Below, piece by piece: positions 1-6,864 of a stretch of 64,000 nt of DNA. The translations under genes were made by a program, and so were the position numbers. The stretch is from assembly GCA_044222185.1 (NCBI GenBank), contig JBGANV010000003.1, positions 64,001 through 128,000 on the forward strand. The letters are read 5' to 3'. Position 1 is the first letter of the stretch. Each line of letters starts with the position of its first letter. Source of the DNA: Planctomycetota bacterium (lineage in GTDB: Bacteria > Planctomycetota > GCA-002687715 > CAIWVZ01). A model generated the notes under the pieces. The model did not search any database and was not told the origin of the DNA. It was given only the letters and a program-made list of their open reading frames with translations.

Positions 1-1587
1 CTGATACAGGTTGGTCGATTCCGTCTCGTCGACGGTGGACTTCAGCTGATCGGCGATCATGCTCGTGCGGAAGCGGACGTCGCCTTCCGCCTTCGCCTTG
101 ACCTTGACCGTCCAGGTCGCCTTGGCCTTCGGAGCCAGCGTGGCGAGCGGGGCGAACGTGATCGTGTTGCCCGAGGCCGAGCCGGCCGTCTGGCCGCCAG
201 CCGCGAGGAACGTCTCCTCAGCCGGGACGGTGCAGGTGATCTTCACGTTGGTCGCCGTGGCCGAACCCTGGTTCGTCACTTCGATCGTGTAGGTCGTATC
301 CGTGCCGAGCTGGACCGGGTCCGGCGAGTCGACCACCTCGAGGAGGAGGGCCGGGATGCCGGTGTAGTCCGTCGAGCAGGTCGCCTGGACCGCCGCCGCG
401 CAGTACGCACGGGCCGACGCCGTGTTCGTGAGCTTGCCGGCCACATCCGACGACACGACGACCGAGACCGTCTTGCTGTCGTTCGGGGCGAGCGTGCCCA
501 GGTTCCACGTCACCTTGCCAGCGGACGCCGTGCCGCCAGCCGAAGCCGACACGAACTTGCCGTTCGCCGGGAGCATGTCTTCGACCATGCAGTCCTTCGC
601 GGCGCCGTCACCGGTGTTCTTGACGACGATATCCATCGTCGTGTTCGCACCGATGAACTGCGTCTGGCGGCAGGTCTTCGTGATCGTGAGGACCGGCTGA
701 CGAACGACCGTCGTGTGCGTCTCGGAGCTGGCCGTGAGGCCGCCGTCGGCCGTCGCCGTGCACTGGCTCTGGTACGAACCCGACTTGTCGGCCTGGCAGG
801 TCATGTTGAACGTGCGCGACTCGCCGGCCGCGAGGGTACCGACGTCGTGCATGTTCATGTCGCCCTGGCACTTCAGGCCGGCCGGGATGTTGTGGTTGAC
901 CTTGACGTTGCGAGCCGCGCCCGAACCCGTGTTCGTGACGGTGCAGCTCAGCTGGATCGGGTCACACGTGAGGGCTTCCGCCGTCGCCGTGTGGACGATC
1001 TTGAGGGCCGGCTGGACGACGTTCGTCTCGATGCAGAGAGCCGCCGAGAAGGTCGGGGCCGCGCAGCTCGTGACCTTGCCCGTGTTCGTCGCGGTGCCCT
1101 GGACCTTCACGCACTTCGTCTCGCCCGGGGCGAGGGTGCCGAGGTTCCACATGAGGCCGTTCGAGGCGCTCTTCGTGGCGGGCGGCGTTGAGCTCGTGAC
1201 GGTGAAATTCGTGCAGTCATCCGTGATGCCCACATCCTTCAGCGTGAGCTTCGAGATGTTGGTCGCGCAGATCTCGTACTCGAAGGCCTGTCCGAGAACG
1301 ACCTCGGCCGGCATGCGGCGCTCGATGAGCAACGCGCTGGTGGCGCGATCGCCGGTCGGGAACGCCATCGACTCGGTGATCATTCCGACGCGCGGGGCCT
1401 CCTGAACCTTGGGTGCCGCCTTCGCAGCGGTCGGCTGCTTCACGGGCTCCGGCTGCTTCTCAGGCTGCTTCTGGGCAACCGGCGCCGGCTTCGTGTTCCC
1501 GTCGTCGCACAGGCCGCAGCCCGGAAGAACGAACGCTCCCACGGCCAACAACAGCACTCCCATGACTTTCAGGCGATTCAGCTTCAC
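1..1587 (-). CDS. OmcB-like large cysteine-rich lipoprotein with DUF11-type repeats (stop codon falls outside the window)
   Basis: Not in the ORF track; translated by hand from GTG at 1587 (SD AAGGAG upstream). Starts MKLNRLKVMGVLLLAVGAFVLPGC (lipobox), then a P/K/Q-rich linker, AFPTGDRATSALLIERRMPAEV, repeated V(T/K)NTG.G.A.. and W.LGTLAP units with many Cys, GIPALLLEVVDSPDPV, GDVRF, and ends ETESTNLYQ at base 1. This resembles chlamydial/planctomycete OmcB. Confidence 0.85.
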   Translation of the reverse strand, partial: MKLNRLKVMGVLLLAVGAFVLPGCGLCDDGNTKPAPVAQKQPEKQPEPVKQPTAAKAAPKVQEAPRVGMITESMAFPTGDRATSALLIERRMPAEVVLGQAFEYEICATNISKLTLKDVGITDDCTNFTVTSSTPPATKSASNGLMWNLGTLAPGETKCVKVQGTATNTGKVTSCAAPTFSAALCIETNVVQPALKIVHTATAEALTCDPIQLSCTVTNTGSGAARNVKVNHNIPAGLKCQGDMNMHDVGTLAAGESRTFNMTCQADKSGSYQSQCTATADGGLTASSETHTTVVRQPVLTITKTCRQTQFIGANTTMDIVVKNTGDGAAKDCMVEDMLPANGKFVSASAGGTASAGKVTWNLGTLAPNDSKTVSVVVSSDVAGKLTNTASARAYCAAAVQATCSTDYTGIPALLLEVVDSPDPVQLGTDTTYTIEVTNQGSATATNVKITCTVPAEETFLAAGGQTAGSASGNTITFAPLATLAPKAKATWTVKVKAKAEGDVRFRTSMIADQLKSTVDETESTNLYQ

Positions 1588-2070
1588 AGATTTCTCCTTC
1601 GCTGTGGTTTCAGTCAACCCTTGTAATAGCGGTCGGTGAGCTTTCCTTCTCATCAACGGCTTTGCGCCGCCCGGTTCGCGAGAACCAACCCGTCTCGCAA
1701 ACTTCCCCGGCTGCACAGCGAGCATTGCGATGCCAGACAAAGACCGCTCCGGGACGGCACAGGTGGCAAAGGTATATCCCGTTTGTCTAACGGGCGAAAG
1801 GGACTTTGCCGGAGATTCGAACGTTGCCGCCGCCGTTGGACACTATGTGCGCACATGGAGACAAAACGTGCAGCCTCTCTCGTGCCAGAGTGCGGGCACC
1901 GCCTCGCGTATGGAGAGTCTCGACCTGCCGCCGCGCGGCCTCGTGCGGCGGCTTCGCCGGTGCGATCGATCCAAAACCGAATCAACTGGAGCAACCCCAG
2001 GCCGGGTTTCGGATTCGGGCCGTCACCCGCGCGACCAACGGTCGCGAGGATCAGCGCACGCACACGATTC

Positions 2071-2922
2071 TCAGCGTGACGAGGGTGCGTCGCCCGCGCG
2101 CGTGAACGGCAGGTGGATGTCTCCAAACCGCGTCTTGCCCTCGAGGAGTCCGTCGACCTTGTAGCCAGCCTTGGAGCCTGTCAGCGCTCCGAGCATCGCC
2201 ACGCCGAAATCGGTCGGCTTGAAGGCGATGGGAATGTCGAGGGTCTGCTTGCCCCCCGACGCGCCGAACGACACGGCCCGCTGGAGGCTCGAGGTCGCCA
2301 CCTTCGTCTGCCCCAGGCTGAGGTCGTAGCTGAGGTTGGTGAGATCGATCGGAAACTGGTTGAGGTTCGTCACATCCAGCGACACGACGGCCGCGGCCTT
2401 CGTCAACGAAAGCTCGGACCACTTGATGGACTTCACGGACACGTCAGGCACCGTCGGAACGGGCAGCTCGCCCTCGTGGCGCACCGGCAGGCGCATGCGA
2501 CCCGCGACCGGCGCATCGACCGCGACGCCGAGGTCCGCGGTGTAAGGCACGATGGAGCCCGGCTTGACGGACTTCAGGACGTCGAGGAGCCCCGCGAACG
2601 GGACCTTCGCCGTCATCGGGAACGTCTTGCGCCCGTTCGCCGGCACGACGCCCTGGTCCGCCGAGTTGGCGTCGAGGAACTTCGTGCCCTGGCTCGCCAG
2701 CGCCAGGTCGAGCGCGGCTACTGGCAAGCCGACCGTGTAGGGATTGGTGACGTCCACGTCGAAGCCGAGCGTGACGCCGTTGAGGTCCAGATCCTTCAGC
2801 GAGGCGCCGACGATCTTGGCGGTCGGGGTATCGCCGAGCAGGTTGCGCGCCGTCTCGCATCCGCCCGTACCGAGGAGAAGGAGCGCCAGCGTGGCGACCG
2901 TTGCAAGGCGTGTCGTGTTCAT
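2071..2922 (-). CDS. LEA type 2 (WHy) domain lipoprotein, two tandem domains
   Basis: Lipobox LGTGGC. Two VTNP/VTNLN..P repeats (DVTNPYTVGLPV; DVTNLNQFPIDL) typical of LEA_2. Confidence 0.85.
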   Translation of the reverse strand: MNTTRLATVATLALLLLGTGGCETARNLLGDTPTAKIVGASLKDLDLNGVTLGFDVDVTNPYTVGLPVAALDLALASQGTKFLDANSADQGVVPANGRKTFPMTAKVPFAGLLDVLKSVKPGSIVPYTADLGVAVDAPVAGRMRLPVRHEGELPVPTVPDVSVKSIKWSELSLTKAAAVVSLDVTNLNQFPIDLTNLSYDLSLGQTKVATSSLQRAVSFGASGGKQTLDIPIAFKPTDFGVAMLGALTGSKAGYKVDGLLEGKTRFGDIHLPFTRAGDAPSSR

Positions 2923-2955
2923 CGCATCAGGCTTTCGTGAGTTCTTCGGCGCGGA

Positions 2956-3234
2956 TCAGAATCCCGATTTCATCGGCAGCACCGACTTGCCGTTGGCGAC
3001 GGTGACGGTGATCGACTTGGCGCCGTCCTCCCAGGTCATCTTGCCGCCGGACAGCGGCCCGGCGCCCACGATGTCGGACTTCGTCGCCTTGCCCAGGATC
3101 CCCTCGACCTCCTCGATCGTCATCCCCGCCTTGATCTTGTCGTAGTTCTCCTGGTTCACCTTGGACCCGCAGGAGGTGACGACGAACAAGCAGGCCACGA
3201 GCGCAATGGCGACGAACGTGCGTTTCCCGGACAT
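2956..3234 (-). CDS. Small lipoprotein, SmpA/BamE/BLIP-like (DUF3862-type)
   Basis: Lipobox VVTSC and motif NYDKIKAGMTIEEVEGILG. GAGGGG SD upstream. Confidence 0.75.
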   Translation of the reverse strand: MSGKRTFVAIALVACLFVVTSCGSKVNQENYDKIKAGMTIEEVEGILGKATKSDIVGAGPLSGGKMTWEDGAKSITVTVANGKSVLPMKSGF

Positions 3235-3364
3235 CTTGGACCCCTCAAAAAAAATGGACGCCGCCCACGAGTGGACGACGTCCAGAGCTTACTCGCGATG
3301 CGGACGCAGGAAAGGCGTCAGCACCGCGCAGCGAATGCGGCCGGTGCGCCCGGCCGCGGGCACC

Positions 3365-5566
3365 TCACTGCGTCACCCAGGTGACGGGGTTCGAGATATG
3401 GAACGAACCGTTGGGCGCCGTGGCGCTCCCGATGACGCTCTGGAAATAGAGCGTCAACCCCGGCGGCAGGCCACCCGGGACGAACAGGTACTGCCACGAG
3501 AATGCGCCGCACGAGTTGGTCACCGCCGCGGGGTTGGCCGGCCCGAACACGCCGAAACCGTCCGCAAGCGGGAGCAGCGTCGCGAGATCCAGGCTCAGCG
3601 TCCCGAGGTTGTTCGGGAGGACCGTCGGACCGGCGCCGAGCGACACGCTGAAGATCACCGGCTTGTTCGGCTCGGAGAGGGTGCGAGCGAACAGCGTCGT
3701 GCCGACCTGCCCCGTGCCGAGCAGCTCGAGGATCGCGGACGTGGGGATGACCGGCGGCAGGAACGTGGGCGTGAGGCGGACGCTCGTCCCCGCGATGACC
3801 GGGGGCGAACCGTTCAACGACACCTGGACGCCCGACGTCCCGCTCGAATCCTCGATACCGCGGGTTGCGCTGGCGCCTCCACCGACGCCCGCGACGGCGT
3901 TCGTCGATACCTGCGTGATGGTCACGTTGTTCGTGCCCTCATCCAGCAGGATCTCGAACGTCTCGGCACTCGACGCCGTGCCGCCGAAGTGCCAGATCCC
4001 GACCCATTCCGCGATGAAGCGGCGGTTCGGCGCCGAACCGATGGTCTGAGTCCGCACGAACCCGCCCCCGGCCCCACCCTGCGCCGCGTACAGGTCGTCC
4101 CAGTAGCCGGCGATCATGGCGTTCGGGGCTGACCCGTTCGGGATGTTGGTGTTGGAGAAGATCCCGCCATTCTGGGCCGGGAGGCAGAGGTAGCCGTTGG
4201 TCGAAACGCGCAGCTGGGTCGTCGACGTTCCGTAGAAGTTGAACGCGAAGCCGAGGTTCGCGACCGACGAGTTGTCGTCACCCGTCGGGCCGGCCGCTCC
4301 GGTCGCCGAGATGTCGACGAAGTCGTACGCGACGCTCGAACTCGAATAGGACGCACCACCGCTGACCGGCGGAACCGCCGGGGGCGCAGGCGGACACGTC
4401 GACGGGACGACGTTGATCGTCACCGACGCCGAGGTCGGAACGCCCGGCTTGAACAGGTCGAGGGTCACGTTGCCCGTCGGGGCCGACGTCGTCTCGAACG
4501 AGAAGTTGTACATCGTGCCCCAGCGGATCGCGTTCGCGTTCGTGTTGGCCGCGTACGTCTGCGTATTCCACTTGACACCGTTCGACAGGATCGTCGGCGT
4601 CCAGTCCGTGAGGGAGTACGGCTCGCCGCTGTGGGAGTCGACGTCGTGGAACCCGACGTTCGCGAGCACGGCGCCAACCGGGAGGCTGATCGTCACGCCT
4701 TGAACGCTGCGGTCCGAGTTCATGTTGTAGACGGCGTACTCGTAGTGCGTCATGCCGCCGAGGGCCGGCCAGGCGCCCGCGGCGACGATCACGCGGCCGT
4801 CACCGGAAATGTCGATCGTCTGGAGGACGACGTTCGGAGAGATCGTCTGCCACGCGTAGATCGCGGACTGCTGGGCGTGCGTCCCGCCGATGAACGGAAC
4901 GCCGCCGTTGGCACCCGGTGCCGGAGCGACGATTTCGCGCCACGATGCATTGTTGTTCTTGTTGCCCGCGGCGGCGTCGTCGGCCGTGACGTAGTGCCCT
5001 TCCGCGAAATAACGGGCGCCGCTGTATGCGATCGGATCCAGGTCCGAGTTGTGGATCTGGACACGGGCCATGATCGTCGGATCACCCGTCGGGGTGCCGT
5101 GCGGAATCGGGAAGACGCCAGTGGCCGCGTTGACCTGGGAGCGCGGGCCGAGTCCCGTGTTGCTTCCGTTCAACCCGGCGCCGTAGGTGTCGGTGCAACC
5201 GACACCCAGCTGGCCGCCGCCGAGCGGAGGCTGCTGGCACGTGCCGCACCCCGGGCTGTTCGTCGAGACGAAGCCGTGCTTCAGCCACGACTGGCCGACC
5301 TGCTCGAACCGACCGCGGTAGTAGCGGTAGATGTTCTGCGCGATGACCGGGTGCCCGTTGTTGCTGGCGTCCCAGAGCACCGGCTGCGTACCCACGCCAC
5401 AGGCGGTGGTACCGACCGCGAACGCGGTGATGCCGAGGGCCTGACCGTACGCCGCCACGTCCGACAGATCGCTCACGGCGACGTCGGGACCGGTCGACTG
5501 AGCATACGCACCCGCTGAGAACACCAACGCAACCAGCGGAACGAGGCCGCTTCGAACTTTCAACAT
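3365..5566 (-). CDS. Secreted multidomain protein: conserved N-terminal domain, nidogen-like domain, C-terminal ~120-aa module
   Basis: Signal peptide ending AYA-Q; SD AAGGAG. HPVIAQNIYR..GRFEQVGQSWLKHGF block. Nidogen-like LGFAFNFYG...VSTNGYL...IAGYWDDL. Ends GLTLYFQSVI...ISNPVTWVTQ. Confidence 0.8.
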   Translation of the reverse strand: MLKVRSGLVPLVALVFSAGAYAQSTGPDVAVSDLSDVAAYGQALGITAFAVGTTACGVGTQPVLWDASNNGHPVIAQNIYRYYRGRFEQVGQSWLKHGFVSTNSPGCGTCQQPPLGGGQLGVGCTDTYGAGLNGSNTGLGPRSQVNAATGVFPIPHGTPTGDPTIMARVQIHNSDLDPIAYSGARYFAEGHYVTADDAAAGNKNNNASWREIVAPAPGANGGVPFIGGTHAQQSAIYAWQTISPNVVLQTIDISGDGRVIVAAGAWPALGGMTHYEYAVYNMNSDRSVQGVTISLPVGAVLANVGFHDVDSHSGEPYSLTDWTPTILSNGVKWNTQTYAANTNANAIRWGTMYNFSFETTSAPTGNVTLDLFKPGVPTSASVTINVVPSTCPPAPPAVPPVSGGASYSSSSVAYDFVDISATGAAGPTGDDNSSVANLGFAFNFYGTSTTQLRVSTNGYLCLPAQNGGIFSNTNIPNGSAPNAMIAGYWDDLYAAQGGAGGGFVRTQTIGSAPNRRFIAEWVGIWHFGGTASSAETFEILLDEGTNNVTITQVSTNAVAGVGGGASATRGIEDSSGTSGVQVSLNGSPPVIAGTSVRLTPTFLPPVIPTSAILELLGTGQVGTTLFARTLSEPNKPVIFSVSLGAGPTVLPNNLGTLSLDLATLLPLADGFGVFGPANPAAVTNSCGAFSWQYLFVPGGLPPGLTLYFQSVIGSATAPNGSFHISNPVTWVTQ

Positions 5567-5724
5567 GTGAGAACTCTCCTTGAGACGCGACGGAACCGGT
5601 CGGCTCGGATGGTGGATCCCGAGTCACGACCGAAACGCATACGGAGGACGGACGGGACAGCCGCACCGTCAATCGGGATTCGATTTTTTTCTCTGGCGTC
5701 GTCGACCCGCTCGCGCGGGCCGGC

Positions 5725-6720
5725 CTATTGAATGGTGACCTGCACGTCCGGCGACACCTCGTCGACCTGAACGCCGTTCCACATCACGGACGCGGCGAAC
5801 AGCGAGAGCCCGATGATGGACGGATCGGGCGGGATGTTCAGCGTCATGGCGAAGGTGCCGTCACCGGCCGTGATGCCGAGGAAGTTCTGGAACACGAGTG
5901 GGAAGTCGAGCGACAGGAAGAAGACGGGATCGGCATCCAGGGGCACGATGTCGCCCCCAGGTACGTAGATCCCGCCGTGGCCGAGGCTCATCGCTCCGAC
6001 ATACACATAGTTCGGATGACCCGCGCCTTGCAACGCGATCGACGTTCCGATCGCGGGTGCCCCGACCGACGTCAGCGTGGATCCGAAATAACGCAGGTCG
6101 TCGACCAGGGAGGACTGATAGACCGTCGCGCCGACGCCGCCTTGGGTGCCGACGCCGAGCGTCGTGATGGCGGATCCCGTGTGGTCCCAGATGCCGTCCA
6201 TGTTCGTGTCGATGAACATCTCGACGAGGACGCCCGTGGGGACCTCCTTCACCTGGAGCCGCACGCGTGCCATCGTCGTGGGCACGGGCAGGGCCTGGGA
6301 CGCGATTCCGACGGACGGGAACCCGCCCGCGCTGGCGTAGTAGACGTAGTAACGATCGAAGCCCGTGTACGGCGATCCGTTGTCCTGCACCTTCACCATG
6401 AAGTACGAGGCCGCCGCGCCGGCTCCCGTGTACCGGGCGATGGGGCCGGCGTATTGGAGACCTGGGGTCGCGGTGTCATAGATCGCCGTGACCTCGACGC
6501 AGCAGTTCGCGTCCGACACTCCGTTGTTCACGAGTTCCTGGAAGGTCACGCCGTACTGCCCCTGAACGGACGTGCCGGTGCTCGTCCAATTCCCGCGCTG
6601 CTCCGTGTACCCGGGGATCGTCGTGCCCGCCGGGTAGGTGAACGTGTCGAAGAGATCCTGCGCGACGACGGTCTGCGACAGCAGCAGGACGCCGAACGCG
6701 AATGCGGTGAACCTGGACAT
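5725..6720 (-). CDS. Secreted beta-rich protein with C-terminal ~120-aa module
   Basis: Start moved to ATG 6720 (GGAGG SD; signal peptide MSRFTAFAFGVLLLSQTVVA-Q). N-terminal part looks like a beta-sandwich. C-terminus IPPDPSIIGLSLFAASV. Confidence 0.75.
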   Translation of the reverse strand: MSRFTAFAFGVLLLSQTVVAQDLFDTFTYPAGTTIPGYTEQRGNWTSTGTSVQGQYGVTFQELVNNGVSDANCCVEVTAIYDTATPGLQYAGPIARYTGAGAAASYFMVKVQDNGSPYTGFDRYYVYYASAGGFPSVGIASQALPVPTTMARVRLQVKEVPTGVLVEMFIDTNMDGIWDHTGSAITTLGVGTQGGVGATVYQSSLVDDLRYFGSTLTSVGAPAIGTSIALQGAGHPNYVYVGAMSLGHGGIYVPGGDIVPLDADPVFFLSLDFPLVFQNFLGITAGDGTFAMTLNIPPDPSIIGLSLFAASVMWNGVQVDEVSPDVQVTIQ

Positions 6721-6747
6721 TGGGAACCTCCGGGGGGCGAAAGCGAC

Positions 6748-6777
6748 ACGATAGTCGCCTGGGGGCGGCGCCGTCAA
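6748..6777 (-). promoter_or_regulatory. Putative sigma70 promoter of the 5725-6720 gene
   Basis: TTGACG-18 bp-TATCGT on the minus strand, in the intergenic gap. Confidence 0.4.
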
Positions 6778-6864
6778 ACCGCGTCGGAGCCGGGCGCCAT
6801 TTCCGACGCCGGTCGTGAAGCCCGGCCGTTGCTGCGCCGGATCTGAACGCGACCGAGCCCCGGG

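Noticed and set aside
1765-1810. Resemblance to a c-di-GMP-I riboswitch (GGCAAA...GAAA.GGGAC)
   Set aside because: It is on the strand opposite the downstream gene and lacks the GCAAAGC/P2 elements. Kept only as an unexplained inverted repeat.
1868-1888. Possible sigma54 promoter on the minus strand (TGGCACGAGAGAGGCT); second candidate TGGCATCGCAATGC near 1722-1736
   Set aside because: The first lacks the TTGC -12 element and the second has spacing one base short. Not supportable without data.
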